A stretch of 62,669 nucleotides of DNA, counting the filler, from an uncultured bacterium (GTDB lineage Bacteria; Hinthialibacterota; Hinthialibacteria; Hinthialibacterales; Hinthialibacteraceae): the NCBI GenBank assembly GCA_964449065.1. It is 16 parts of 16 records of this genome, joined end to end, with 100 filler letters (N's around TTAATTAATTAA, not from the genome) between each part and the next. Parts side by side here need not be neighbours in the genome. Positions count along the whole stretch, not along the records: positions 51,345 to 55,084 come from CAYVAZ010000432.1; positions 55,185 to 58,890 come from CAYVAZ010000433.1; positions 58,991 to 62,669 come from CAYVAZ010000434.1; 13 more parts are not named here. One strand, written 5' to 3'. Of this stretch, positions 52,149 through 62,669 are shown piece after piece. The notes beneath the pieces were generated by a model. The model was not told the origin of the DNA, made no database searches, and saw only the letters and a list, made by a program, of their open reading frames with translations. The position numbers were made by a program, and so were the translations under genes. Positions within the stretch are counted from its first letter, which is position 1; the number at the start of each line of letters is the position of its first letter.

Positions 52149-53372
52149 CTATTTTCCTCCCCGCCGCACCACACTTTCGATCCGCGTCGGCAAACCAAAT
52201 AGGCGAATAAACCCTTCCGCATCATGCTGGTTGTAAACTTCGTCTTCGCCGAAGGTGGCGTATTCTTCGCGGTAGAGCGAATGCGGCGATTTTCTTCCCA
52301 CCACCGTGCCGTTTCCTTTGTACAGCTTCAGGCGTACCGTTCCGGTCACGTATTGTTCGGTTTCTTGGAAGAACGCGTCCATGGACCGGCGCAGGGGTGA
52401 GTACCATTGGCCGTAATAAACCAACTCGGCATAGCGTTCGGCCAGCAGGTCGCGGTAGTGCATCACCTCGCGTTCGCACACCAACGTCAGCAAGGCTTGG
52501 TGGGCGGCATACAGCAGCGTTCCGCCCGGGGTTTCATATACCCCGCGCGATTTCATCCCCACCAGGCGGTTTTCCACGATATCCACACGGCCGACTCCGT
52601 TTTCGCCGGCTGCTTTGTTGAGCGTTTCCAGCAACGGTACCGGAGCCAACGTTTTGCCATCTACTCCAACGGGTATTCCTTTTTCAAATTCTATTTCCAC
52701 ATAAGTTGGGGAATCCGGCGCGTCTTCGGGATTGGTGGTGAGGATGAACATATCCTTCGGCGGTTCGTTCCAAGGGTCTTCCAATATGCCGCCTTCGAAG
52801 GACAGGTGCCACAGGTTGCGGTCCATGGAGTAGGGTTTGGCGGCGGTTACCGGCACATCGATGCCTCGCGCTTTGGCGTATTCCATGCAGTCTTCGCGGG
52901 ATTTTAGATCCCATTCGCGCCAGGGTGCGATGATTTTTAAATCGGGAGCCAAGGCTTGGGCGGTCAGTTCAAAGCGTACTTGGTCGTTGCCTTTGCCGGT
53001 GGCTCCGTGGGCGATGGCTTGGGCACCTTCATCGCGGGCGATTTCGACCATTTTCTTGGCGATCAGCGGGCGGGCGATGGAGGTTCCCAGCAGGTATTCT
53101 CTTTCGTAGACGGCGCCGGCCTGCATGGTGGGAAAGCAGAAGTCGCGGACGAATTCCTCGCGCAAATCTTCGATATAGATTTTGGAGGCTCCGGTTTTGA
53201 CGGCTTTTTCGTTCAGCGGATCAAGTTCTTCTCCCTGGCCGACATCGGCGGCGAACGCGATGACCTCGCAGCCTTCGTAGTTTTCTTTCAGCCAGGGGAT
53301 GATGATGGAGGTATCCAATCCACCGGAATAGGCCAAGACGACTTTATTTACTGAAGGGTTTACCGAACTCAT
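52149..53372 (-). CDS. argG: Argininosuccinate synthase
   Basis: [33 protein letters not shown]. Confidence 0.97.
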   Translation of the reverse strand: MSSVNPSVNKVVLAYSGGLDTSIIIPWLKENYEGCEVIAFAADVGQGEELDPLNEKAVKTGASKIYIEDLREEFVRDFCFPTMQAGAVYEREYLLGTSIARPLIAKKMVEIARDEGAQAIAHGATGKGNDQVRFELTAQALAPDLKIIAPWREWDLKSREDCMEYAKARGIDVPVTAAKPYSMDRNLWHLSFEGGILEDPWNEPPKDMFILTTNPEDAPDSPTYVEIEFEKGIPVGVDGKTLAPVPLLETLNKAAGENGVGRVDIVENRLVGMKSRGVYETPGGTLLYAAHQALLTLVCEREVMHYRDLLAERYAELVYYGQWYSPLRRSMDAFFQETEQYVTGTVRLKLYKGNGTVVGRKSPHSLYREEYATFGEDEVYNQHDAEGFIRLFGLPTRIESVVRRGGK

Positions 53373-53560
53373 TTGAAATGCTCCTTTGTTGCACAGGGGA
53401 ATTATACCGATTCATGAAATAAACGCAGCATTTGGTGGGCTACCGAACGAAGATATTGATTGATGGATACATGTTACCCCGTATGTAAAATCGGCGTGTT
53501 CACCAACACCATTGCCAGTTGAGCCCTACTTTCACTCTACTTTTATTTTTGCAATTGGTA

Positions 53561-53932
53561 TTATTGCTTTTTTTTACGGGTTTGATAGGCATCGTAAATG
53601 CCGTAAACGTAGAGTACAACACTGACCACAAGCAGTGTGATGATAGAATATTGCCGTTCATTCAAATGTGTAAAGGGGTTGGCGTCTTGAAACGCGGGAT
53701 TGAACGAGGGTGAATTGGGATTGCTGATGCCGGTGTAATATAAGATGGCGTCATAAGTTAAGGGGATTAACAGGCTGAGGGAGGCGACGGTGAAGATCAC
53801 GGCGATAAAGATGCCTTTTACCCACTGGCGGTTATAGAGCTGGCCGGCGCCGGGGATAACCAGGGCGGAAAGAAGCGCCGATTTGGCGGCATCGCTCCGC
53901 TTTTGTTTTGTTGGAGTGAAAGGGTCGCCCAT
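53561..53932 (-). CDS. Small membrane protein
   Basis: SALLSALVIPGAGQLYN..KG; YGIYDAY. Confidence 0.75.
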   Translation of the reverse strand: MGDPFTPTKQKRSDAAKSALLSALVIPGAGQLYNRQWVKGIFIAVIFTVASLSLLIPLTYDAILYYTGISNPNSPSFNPAFQDANPFTHLNERQYSIITLLVVSVVLYVYGIYDAYQTRKKKQ

Positions 53933-54167
53933 GATAGATTACCGGAAAATACTTTTTCTTTTTTGATGGTGCCAAATAATTATTTTAACCGCGAATACAC
54001 ACGAATACACGCGAAGAAAAGGCATTAAATCACCGAAAATTGTGTGTGTTTATCCGCTTTATTGCCTGTGATTGATTGCGGATGTAAAAGCAGCAAGGGC
54101 ACTTTGTACTCTGTGGTAATTGTTGATCGAAAGTATCCCTTGCGTAACATCAGTTATTCAATTTTAT

Positions 54168-55007
54168 TTACTTGTCTTTCTTTTGAAATTCCGCCCGAAC
54201 CCGTTCCAGGTCTTCTTCGGTGTTTACGCCCGGCCAGGGGTGGCTGGTAGTGATCATTTTTATTCGGACCCCGTTTTCGACCGCGCGAAGTTGTTCCAAA
54301 CTTTCGCTGAGTTCCAAAGTTCCCCGGCTCCAGCAGGAGTATTGCCGCAGCGTTCTTGCTTGAAACGCATAGACGCCCAAATGCAGCCAATAGCTGGCGG
54401 GATGCTGGGTCCATTCCATGTCTTCCTTGCGCCGCCAATAGGGGACCGGACTGCGGGAAAAGTATAGTGCGTTTTGGTTTTGATCGACAACCACTTTGAC
54501 CATGTTGGGGTTTTTGACATCCTCTTCGTCATACAGCCGCGACATCAAACTGGTCATTTGGGTGCGGTTGTATTTTTCGAACGGTTCAATCAGCCGGTCT
54601 AAATCGCCAGCGTTAATAAGCGGCTCATCGCCCTGCAAGTTGATGATGACTTGGTGTTCGAGTTTTTGATTTTCTTGTACCCATGCCACGCGGTCGGACC
54701 CGGTCGGCAGTGAGGCGGGGGTTTTGACCACTTTGCCGCCGAACTGTTTGACGGCATCTTCAATGCGCTCGTCATCAGTCGCGACAATAATCTCTTGGAT
54801 TTTTTTGGCTTGCGAAGCGCTTTCGTACACGCGTTGAATGAGCGGTTTGCCTGCGATATCAAGCAAAGGCTTGCCGGGCAGGCGTACGGAAGCATAACGG
54901 CTGGGAATGACACAAACGGCTTTCACGGGCTGATCCCTCTTTTGTTTGGGTTTGTTTTTAGGCTTTTGCAGGTCTTTCTGCAAATCGCGAAACGACGTGT
55001 ATTTCAT
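54168..55007 (-). CDS. kdsB: 3-deoxy-manno-octulosonate cytidylyltransferase
   Basis: IPSRYASVRLPGKPL, TGSDR, QGDEP, ALYFSR, ESLEQLR; start uncertain. Confidence 0.93.
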   Translation of the reverse strand: MKYTSFRDLQKDLQKPKNKPKQKRDQPVKAVCVIPSRYASVRLPGKPLLDIAGKPLIQRVYESASQAKKIQEIIVATDDERIEDAVKQFGGKVVKTPASLPTGSDRVAWVQENQKLEHQVIINLQGDEPLINAGDLDRLIEPFEKYNRTQMTSLMSRLYDEEDVKNPNMVKVVVDQNQNALYFSRSPVPYWRRKEDMEWTQHPASYWLHLGVYAFQARTLRQYSCWSRGTLELSESLEQLRAVENGVRIKMITTSHPWPGVNTEEDLERVRAEFQKKDK

Positions 55008-55690
55008 GGATACGTTTATTCCATCATTCAATTTTTGTAATAGGTCAGCCGCTTGAAGAGAAATTTCCCCTCCCAAAGGTGGGANNNNNNNNNNNNNNNN
55101 NNNNNNNNNNNNNNNNNNNNNNNNNNNNTTAATTAATTAANNNNNNNNNNNNNNNNNNNNNNNNNNNNNNNNNNNNNNNNNNNNAGAATAGTTGGCTCAC
55201 AACAAAAACCATTTTTCATGCACTAGACAATCATTGATTACGTAACATGAGTCAATTCAATTTAAAAATGCCCGTTATCATTGCGTGGGCTCAACACTTT
55301 AATGACTTAGATTACAATGACTAAGATTACGCTCTTTGTAAAACTGGAAGCAAGTCAATGTCATATCAAACGGCTTATGTCTGGTAGCCCACCAGTTGTA
55401 TCGAAAGCAGACTTATAATTTTTCTTCTGGTATCATACCAGTTCTATATTGAATAGCCGGATCAGTCCAGCAAAAAATCTTTGCAAAAGTAAGACGTAGT
55501 ACCAGTGTCAACGATTTATTGACGGGTATCGATCCCCCCTAGCCCCCCTTAATAAAGGGGGAAACAACGGATAGCCAGGCGTCATTTTTTGATTGACAAG
55601 CTAGTAGTGGGATCATTCTCTGATAATTTATTGTATTTGTATACCAAAATATCATAAGATTCAGGTAGAGTGGAGGCGGACACAATTCGC

Positions 55691-56350
55691 TTAAGGGCTC
55701 GTTATCAAATCCATCATCGTTTGAATGGCCTTGGCATAGTTGGAATGCTTAAACACGGCGCTGCCGGCTACCAATTCTTCCGCACCGGCTTGCGCGGCAA
55801 TGGCAATGGTCTCAGGCTTTATCCCTCCATCAACTTGGATAATGTATGAAAGCCCTTCTTCCTGCTTGCGGCGTGCCATATAGCGGATGGATTCCACCGT
55901 TTCCGGGATAAAGGCCTGCCCGCCTTTTCCGGGGAAAACCGTCATGACTAAAACTTGATCGAATAGGTTCAAATAGGGTTCTAATTCTGTTGGTGAAGTG
56001 TTGGGATTGATCGAAGCCCCGGCCTTCTTCCCCCGGCGGCGAATTTCGTTTAAATCCCTCGCCATATCTTTTGAAGCTTCTACATGAATGGTAATACTGC
56101 GTACGCTGGGTAGATCAAACCAGTCAATCTGTTCCTCCGGGTTTGTTACCATTAAGTGAACATCAAATTGGCTTTGGACTTTATCCTGCAAGCTGTTGAT
56201 TATAAGAGGCCCCATCGTCAGGTTCGGCACAAAATGGCCATCCATGACATCATAATGCAGTAACCGGACACCCGCATCTTCGAGAGAAGCCACCGCTTCA
56301 CCCAAGCGGTCAAAGGGGGCAGACAATAACGAGGGGACAACAATCGGCAT
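55691..56350 (-). CDS. rpe: Ribulose-phosphate 3-epimerase
   Basis: HYDVMDGHFVPN, DVHLM, VDGG. Confidence 0.95.
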   Translation of the reverse strand: MPIVVPSLLSAPFDRLGEAVASLEDAGVRLLHYDVMDGHFVPNLTMGPLIINSLQDKVQSQFDVHLMVTNPEEQIDWFDLPSVRSITIHVEASKDMARDLNEIRRRGKKAGASINPNTSPTELEPYLNLFDQVLVMTVFPGKGGQAFIPETVESIRYMARRKQEEGLSYIIQVDGGIKPETIAIAAQAGAEELVAGSAVFKHSNYAKAIQTMMDLITSP

Positions 56351-56360
56351 GATCAATATA

Positions 56361-57092
56361 CTATGGGCACAAAACGGCGCTGCGCATAATCTCTTTCATA
56401 TCGCGCACGGCTTTTTCCATACCACAATAGACGGCTTGGGCGACAATGCTGTGGCCGGTGTGCAACCAGGCGATTTCTTTTAACGAGGCGATCTTTTTGG
56501 AGTTTTGATAATGCAGGCCATGGCCGGCATTCACTTGCAAATCCAGTTCTTTGGAGAACCGGGCGGCAAATATAACTTCTTCCAGTTTTTCATCTTCTTC
56601 TTCGGGAGAAGCCGCCAGCGAGTAAGGTCCTGTATGGATTTCGACAAAATCCGCTCCAATGTTTTTGGCGGCTTGAATTTGCTCTTTGTCTGTATCAATA
56701 AAAATACTAACCAAGATTCCCGCATCCAACAAGCGCAAGACTTTCGGCTGCAATACCGATTCATTTCCTACCACCGCCAATCCGCTTTCGGTGGTTTGTT
56801 CTTCCCTCGATTCCGGTACGATGGTGCACATATAGGGCTTGATCTCAAGCGCCAGATCGATCATTTCATCGGTGAGCGCCATTTCAATGGTTAAGGGAAC
56901 CTGAATGGTCTCCTTTAACAGTTCGACATCGCGGTCTTGGATATGCCGCCGGTCTTCGCGGGGGTGAACGGTAATTCCATCCGCTCCACCCAGTTGGGCC
57001 AGCACCGCGGCATGGATCGGATCCGGATACGCCGTGTGCCGGGATTCCCGCAATGTGGCAACATGGTCTATGTTTACGGATAATTGCTGCAT
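56361..57092 (-). CDS. pdxJ: Pyridoxine 5-phosphate synthase
   Basis: VNIDHVATLR, HPREDRRHI, NAGHGL. Confidence 0.96.
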   Translation of the reverse strand: MQQLSVNIDHVATLRESRHTAYPDPIHAAVLAQLGGADGITVHPREDRRHIQDRDVELLKETIQVPLTIEMALTDEMIDLALEIKPYMCTIVPESREEQTTESGLAVVGNESVLQPKVLRLLDAGILVSIFIDTDKEQIQAAKNIGADFVEIHTGPYSLAASPEEEDEKLEEVIFAARFSKELDLQVNAGHGLHYQNSKKIASLKEIAWLHTGHSIVAQAVYCGMEKAVRDMKEIMRSAVLCP

Positions 57093-57097
57093 TGTCC

Positions 57098-57871
57098 CTA
57101 CTTCTGACTGGCATGAATAATCACAGTCGCTTCCCGAATATTTTCGTTTACCGGCATAACATCGGCATTGGCCGGTACATTCAAAGGAGTGAATACCGGA
57201 AAAGTATTTCCTCGAATGTTGTTCAGATCAAGTGTCGTCGTCGAAACCGACTGCAATTGTTCCAATGCTTCCCGTCTTCCGGTAAACAATACCGTTTCCG
57301 GCTCAATGGAATAGCCTTGGTATTTCACATCAAACGGGGGAGTGCCTGTAATGGGAACAATAATCGGCACTGCTTTTTCCAAACGGTATAGCGGCATTTC
57401 ATATTGGCTGATATCGGCCTGATCCGCAGAAAACTCAGGCTGTTCCTGTTCGATATTCCATGAACGGGTATGTAGAACAATCCTTTGGGGAGTGGTTGAA
57501 TCGTTATCAATCCAAAATTGCCGCATGGCTTCCGTATCCAAATTGGTACGAAACATGTCCGGGGTAAGAGTAACCGGAATCTCAGAAGGGACCTTTTGAA
57601 AGGGGAAAGAACCTGCATCCACCCGAAAGGACGATTCACTGGATAAGATAGAATCAATAATATTTTTGGGGCCAAATACCTCTATCTGAATCATCGGGGA
57701 AAACCAATTGGGCGGCACCCGGAAGTTGGGCGGAATATTTTCAAATTCCAGTTGGATATTTCGAACCACGCGGGATGCTATCCGCTCCTGCGCCTTGATG
57801 AATACGATCCCCAAAGCCATCAGCAGCGCGATTAACTTCAACCCCCAATGGGCGGTGATCCAACGAATCAT
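57098..57871 (-). CDS. CdaR/YbbR-like protein
   Basis: N-terminal TM, YbbR-like VPII.PITG.P..IEPETV; coupled to cdaA. Confidence 0.7.
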   Translation of the reverse strand: MIRWITAHWGLKLIALLMALGIVFIKAQERIASRVVRNIQLEFENIPPNFRVPPNWFSPMIQIEVFGPKNIIDSILSSESSFRVDAGSFPFQKVPSEIPVTLTPDMFRTNLDTEAMRQFWIDNDSTTPQRIVLHTRSWNIEQEQPEFSADQADISQYEMPLYRLEKAVPIIVPITGTPPFDVKYQGYSIEPETVLFTGRREALEQLQSVSTTTLDLNNIRGNTFPVFTPLNVPANADVMPVNENIREATVIIHASQK

Positions 57872-58632
57872 GATGCGCTCCCTTTCATCAGGTTGGTGAT
57901 GATGTGCTGTATGCGGGATGAATCGATCTCACGGGTTAACCGCCCATTAATTGCAATGGATATACCTCCGGTTTCTTCAGAGACAATCACAGTAACCGCA
58001 TCTGTTTCTTCCGCCAAGCCTAATCCGGCCCGGTGCCGGGTACCCAAATCGCTGTCAACTTCTTCGCGTTGGCTTAGCGGCAGTAAACAAGCGGCAGCGG
58101 CAACCCGCCCCGCCCGCAAAATCACGGCGCCATCATGCAGCGGGGTTAACGGCGAAAAAATCGAAACCAACAATTCCGAAGAAATATGACTTTCCAAAGG
58201 GATACCGGTATCGATAAAACCTTGCAGGCTGTTAGAACGCTCAAACACAATCAACGCGCCGATATGCCGTTTGGATAACGCAATCACTGCTTGGCCGACT
58301 TCGTCTAAGATGGGATCGGCATGTTTGCGGGACCGGCGCCAAAAAAAAGGGGCCTGCGCCAGTTTTGAAACCGTGCGCCGCAGTTCGGGCGCATACAAAA
58401 TCACCAATCCCACAAATAGAGGAAGTTGTACCGAACTCAGCAGCCAATGCACTGTGGTTAATTTAAAAAGCTTGCATAGATAAACGGCAATCACCAACAG
58501 GGTGATAAACACAACCACTTGAGCCGCACGGGTCCCCCGCACGGTCTTTAAGACCGTATAAAACAGTATCCAAAGAATACCGATCTCTATGAGCGTTCGG
58601 GGGAACTCAAACCCCAGGTTGGCAAGTGTCAT
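57868..58632 (-). CDS. cdaA: Diadenylate cyclase CdaA
   Basis: Three TMs; TPLHDGA; GTRHRA; VSEETG. Confidence 0.95.
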   Translation of the reverse strand: MTLANLGFEFPRTLIEIGILWILFYTVLKTVRGTRAAQVVVFITLLVIAVYLCKLFKLTTVHWLLSSVQLPLFVGLVILYAPELRRTVSKLAQAPFFWRRSRKHADPILDEVGQAVIALSKRHIGALIVFERSNSLQGFIDTGIPLESHISSELLVSIFSPLTPLHDGAVILRAGRVAAAACLLPLSQREEVDSDLGTRHRAGLGLAEETDAVTVIVSEETGGISIAINGRLTREIDSSRIQHIITNLMKGSAS

Positions 58633-59068
58633 ATTCTTTTATATTTTAAACCGATTAAACGATTCAAACAGTTGTGTACGTAAATGCAATACAATTAAGA
58701 GCTCACGTTACGCACTACATTTATGATATGCCCGTTTTTCTCATCGTACGCTGAATCCATCGCCCTCGCCCTCCGGGAGAGGGTCGGGGTGAGGGTTCGG
58801 GAGGAATAAACCTCTAATTACGCTACTGCGTCATGGGGAGCAATTGCTCTCTTCGCCCTCATCTCTTATCTTCTCCCAAAGGGAGAAGACNNNNNNNNNN
58901 NNNNNNNNNNNNNNNNNNNNNNNNNNNNNNNNNNTTAATTAATTAANNNNNNNNNNNNNNNNNNNNNNNNNNNNNNNNNNNNNNNNNNNNTAGATTCAGC
59001 GAACGATTAGAAAAACGGGCATATCATAATGTAGTGCGTAACGTGTCTTAATAAAGGAGATTTTTGAT

Positions 59069-59362
59069 ATGAAAAATGTTGTATCTCTTCCTGCAACTTC
59101 TTCTACTGTTCGATATGCAAGCCGGCTAAAAACCTCAGGGGTAAGATGGACATCGACAGAAAAGCGTTTATTGGATACCGTGGAATTTTTGGAAGCGATG
59201 ATCATTGTTTTGAACGATGTAAAAGTGAAAAATATCAAAGACCGTGATTATGCGATGGCGCAGATTGTCGCTGATGAATTGAAGCAATATGAAGCCCGCC
59301 TTCAATCTGTTACGGATGAGTTGAACGCTCATCGGCAAAGTTTTCTTGCTTCGGTACAATAA
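59069..59362 (+). CDS. Hypothetical protein
   Basis: AAGGAG RBS; helical 97-aa ORF. Confidence 0.55.
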   Translation: MKNVVSLPATSSTVRYASRLKTSGVRWTSTEKRLLDTVEFLEAMIIVLNDVKVKNIKDRDYAMAQIVADELKQYEARLQSVTDELNAHRQSFLASVQ

Positions 59363-59456
59363 AAACCGGCAAGAACGACAATTCCATACCATTCTCCTCT
59401 CGATTTCTTTACAAAATCAGTACACTATAGCCCTACTTACCTATTCGGATGGGTGA

Positions 59457-59918
59457 ATGAAAAAGAAAGAGAAAGCCATCATCGGTTGGAGTGAACAGGT
59501 GGATTTCCCGGAATGGGGAATATACCGGTTGCCAGCCAAAATCGATACGGGTGCCCGAACGAGCGCGCTGCATGTAGAGGAAATCAAGCACTTGCCGAAT
59601 GGATACATTGAGTTTGATGTGGTTGTCGATGGAAACAATCCGGAAAAGCATGTACGGGTGATTTCCAAGTTGGTCAAGATTGCCAAGGTGCGTTCCAGCA
59701 CGGGGGTGTATTCAAAGCGGTGTTTTGTTAAAACCACAATCAAAGTGGGGCCGGTCAAAAAAGAAATTGAAGTTTCTTTGGTTTCACGGGAAAAAATGGT
59801 GTTTCGCATGCTGCTGGGCCGCCGGGCACTGGAAAAAGATTTTTTGGTCGATGTGATGCTCCGCGATCATCTAACCGAATCTCCAAAAAAAACAAAAAGG
59901 AAAACCATGGCAATATGA
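59457..59918 (+). CDS. RimK-associated retropepsin-like protease (RimB-like)
   Basis: IGWSE, AKIDTGARTSALH, MLLGR. Confidence 0.88.
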   Translation: MKKKEKAIIGWSEQVDFPEWGIYRLPAKIDTGARTSALHVEEIKHLPNGYIEFDVVVDGNNPEKHVRVISKLVKIAKVRSSTGVYSKRCFVKTTIKVGPVKKEIEVSLVSREKMVFRMLLGRRALEKDFLVDVMLRDHLTESPKKTKRKTMAI

Positions 59919-61087
59919 AAATAGCGATATTATCCCGCCAGCCCAGAGGGTATAGTCCTAAACGGTTAAAAGAGGAAGCCAAAAAGATGGGGCATACAGC
60001 GGTGGTGCTGGATCCCTTAAAATTTTCAATTGAATTAGAAAAAGAAAACCCGGATCTTTTTTATAAAGGGAAACGGTTGTCTCATTACGATGCTGTTATT
60101 CCCCGGATTGGCGCTTCGATCACCTTTTATGGGGTCGCGATTGTTCGGCAGTTTGAACAAATGGGAGTGTACAGCACCAATGAATCGATAGCGATTGAGC
60201 GTTCGCGCAACAAATTGAGGGCAAGCCAAATTTTAAGCCGCTACGACATCGGCATCCCCAACACGGCGTTTGTCCGGGATAAGTATGATGTGCTGCCGGC
60301 GATTCGGCGTTTGGGAGGGGCGCCGGTGATTATCAAAGTGTTGGAAGGAACGCAAGGGGTTGGGGTGATTTTGGCGGAGACAGAGAAGGTTGCGGAAGCC
60401 ATTGTAGAGACCCTGCAATCGGCGCGTCAGAACGTATTGCTGCAAAAGTTTGTAAAAGAAAGCAAAGGCAAGGATGTTCGGGCGATTGTGGTGGGCGACC
60501 GCGTCATTGCGGCAATGCGCCGGCGCGCGGTAGGAGATGAATTCCGCAGCAATGTGCACAAAGGCGGAATGACGGAATCGATTACTTTGGATGCGGAATT
60601 TGAGTATACGGCGATACGTGCCGCGCAAATAATGGGGCTGGGCGTAGCGGGTGTGGATATGTTGGAGGGCAACGAAGGGCCGCAGGTGTTGGAAGTGAAT
60701 TCATCGCCTGGCATGGAGGGGATTGAAGCGGCATCTGGCGTGAATGTCGCACGGGCGATTATTGAAGAGATAGAGCATAAAGTTCTGTTTCCCGAGGTGG
60801 ATTTGCGGCAGCGGCTTCGGTTGGCGGCCGGGTACGGGATCGCGGAATTTCCGGTTCATAACATGCCGGAGATTGAGAATAAAGCGTTACGGGACAATCA
60901 TCTGGATGAAAAGAATATTCGAGTGATTCACATTAACCGGAACAGATATATTATTGCGAATCCAAACGGAGACGAGATGATACAAACCGGGGATTGGCTG
61001 CTTTGCTATGGGCCGTTGGATGAACTGCGCGGCTTGATTCCACCCAAACCGAAGCGGAAAAAGAAAAAAAAGAATGCATCCGCTTAA
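59915..61087 (+). CDS. rimK: RimK alpha-L-glutamate ligase with C-terminal TrkA-C (RCK_C)-like domain
   Basis: DAVIPRIG, GTQG, FRSNVHKGG, EVNSSPG; extra 90 aa with NPNGDEMIQTGDWLLCYG. Confidence 0.9.
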   Translation: MKIAILSRQPRGYSPKRLKEEAKKMGHTAVVLDPLKFSIELEKENPDLFYKGKRLSHYDAVIPRIGASITFYGVAIVRQFEQMGVYSTNESIAIERSRNKLRASQILSRYDIGIPNTAFVRDKYDVLPAIRRLGGAPVIIKVLEGTQGVGVILAETEKVAEAIVETLQSARQNVLLQKFVKESKGKDVRAIVVGDRVIAAMRRRAVGDEFRSNVHKGGMTESITLDAEFEYTAIRAAQIMGLGVAGVDMLEGNEGPQVLEVNSSPGMEGIEAASGVNVARAIIEEIEHKVLFPEVDLRQRLRLAAGYGIAEFPVHNMPEIENKALRDNHLDEKNIRVIHINRNRYIIANPNGDEMIQTGDWLLCYGPLDELRGLIPPKPKRKKKKKNASA

Positions 61088-61176
61088 AACGGGCTAAAAT
61101 ATTGCTTTCCACACTGCATCGAATCCCGTATGAGAGATCAATTCTGCGAAATGATAGTTGAAAATGATAGTTGAAA

Positions 61177-62238
61177 ATGATAGAAAAGAATAAACCGTTT
61201 ACCATTGGCGATACTGTGATTCAGCCGGGTGAGCGTGTCAACATAAACCTGCCGGTCGCATCTCTCAGCACGCAAACCGATTTCAGTATGCCCGTCACCG
61301 TAATCAACGGAAAAAAAACGGGCCCGGTGTTGTTTGTCAGCGCCGCGATCCATGGGGATGAAATCAATGGGGTTGAAATTGTGCGCCGCCTGCTGAATGG
61401 GCATCGAATGAACCGCATTCACGGGACTTTGATTGCGATTCCGATTGTCAATGTATTTGGATTTATCAACCATGAACGGTATCTGCCGGACCGGAAAGAC
61501 CTAAACCGCTTTTTTCCGGGGACGACGAACGGGTCGCTTGCTTCCCGCATGGCCAATATTTTTGTTAGTGAAATTGTGAAAAAAAGCACACATGGTATTG
61601 ACCTGCATACGGGCGCGATTCACCGGACGAACTTTCCTCAAATACGTGCCCGTCTTGAGAATACCGAAACCCTTCAACTGGCGCAGGCTTTTGGCGCCCC
61701 GGTGATCATCAACAGCAACTTACGGGACGGATCGCTGCGGCAATACGCGACCGAGGAGGGGCTGCCGATGTTGTTGTATGAGGCCGGAGAGGCGCTGCGG
61801 TTTGATGAAGCCTCCATCCGGGTGGGATTGCGCGGGGTGTTGGCTGTTATGCATTCCATTGGTATGTTTCCCGAATCCAAACGACGCCCCCGCTTAAAAG
61901 AACCGATCATAATCCGCTCCAGCCAATGGGTTCGTGCGCCTGAAAGCGGAATTTTAATGCATAAAGGAAAACTAGGGGCGCTGGTGAATGTGGGAGATAC
62001 TCTGGGCGTGATATCCGATCCGTTCGGCGGCAACCGGGTGGAAGTGAAAACCGATGAAGAGGGGATTGTTATTGGTTTAATCAACAACCCGATTGTAAAT
62101 GAGGGCGAGGCGCTCTTTCACATCGGCCAAACGACACACCATGCGGATTCGGTTAAATCCATTGCGGACTTTTTGGATTACATCAACCCGCTTCAACCGG
62201 AAAATTACTTCATTGAACCGCCATCGGATTCCGAATAG
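61177..62238 (+). CDS. Succinylglutamate desuccinylase/aspartoacylase family protein
   Basis: IHGDEING, DLNRFFPG, IDLHTG, YEAGE. Confidence 0.92.
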   Translation: MIEKNKPFTIGDTVIQPGERVNINLPVASLSTQTDFSMPVTVINGKKTGPVLFVSAAIHGDEINGVEIVRRLLNGHRMNRIHGTLIAIPIVNVFGFINHERYLPDRKDLNRFFPGTTNGSLASRMANIFVSEIVKKSTHGIDLHTGAIHRTNFPQIRARLENTETLQLAQAFGAPVIINSNLRDGSLRQYATEEGLPMLLYEAGEALRFDEASIRVGLRGVLAVMHSIGMFPESKRRPRLKEPIIIRSSQWVRAPESGILMHKGKLGALVNVGDTLGVISDPFGGNRVEVKTDEEGIVIGLINNPIVNEGEALFHIGQTTHHADSVKSIADFLDYINPLQPENYFIEPPSDSE

Positions 62239-62320
62239 GAATAAAGAATTATTTCATGCCGAAGAGACACATTGCATATTGCATCGTGCCCCTGCCGGTG
62301 GAGTCCAAACAATATTAATG

Positions 62321-62375
62321 GGAGGGCAAGGCTCCCGCCGAGCCAGGTTTGGGAGGGCAAGGCTCCCGCCGAGCC
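62321..62375. repeat. Tandem REP-like units GGGAGGGCAAGGCTCCCGCCGAGCC (also 16206-16229, 16602-16625)
   Basis: Direct repeats visible in the sequence. Confidence 0.8.
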
Positions 62376-62669
62376 GGAAGTACCGTTCATTCCAATCCAA
62401 ACGTATTGCAACAATCTAGCGATGCAAAATGTAGGATGGGCTCAAAGCGAAGCGTATCCCATCACGACCAGCTACGTTCATTTTTGTTTAACTAACTCAT
62501 GTTACGCATACGTAATGATATGGCCGTTATTCTCATCTACCGCTGTTTCTATCGCCCTCGCCCACCGGGAGAGGGTCGGGGTGAGGGTTCGGGAGGAATA
62601 AACCTCTAATTACACTACTGCGTCATAGGGAGCAATCGCTCTCATCGCCCTCATCTCTTATCTTCTCCC

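Noticed and set aside
61148..61183. 13-bp tandem repeat (and a 7-bp tandem at 39422)
   Set aside because: Short slippage-type repeats with no supporting function

Overview
This window is not one continuous locus. It is 16 short contigs (3933 down to 3679 bp, strictly size-sorted) joined by 100-nt N-TTAATTAATTAA-N linkers, so adjacency across gaps carries no information. Most contigs share the same dispersed repeats and look like one bacterium with PVC/Sumerlaeota/OLB16-like gene content (inference from a PSD1 cytochrome, ASPIC/UnbV, a prepilin-like protein and C25). They carry housekeeping genes (folB, argG, kdsB, nadE, wecB, cobA, deoC, rpe, pdxJ, cdaA, rimK), three Hsp20s, several toxin-antitoxin loci (two with broken toxins) and at least three MITE/REP-like repeat families. 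Two contigs look foreign: 4034-7956 (Patescibacteria-like giant surface proteins) and 20026-23883 (alphaproteobacterial-like, IS-rich). The two strongest leads are: (1) a translationally coupled TIR-nucleoside-deoxyribosyltransferase fusion plus CinA/PncC NMN deamidase (21877-23320), a candidate NAD-targeting defence system; and (2) a radical SAM/SPASM locus with an unannotated 22-aa precursor peptide (24159-24227), a sigma54 promoter, tandem enhancer-like sites and an adjacent sigma54 response regulator. No rRNA, tRNA or CRISPR array was seen.
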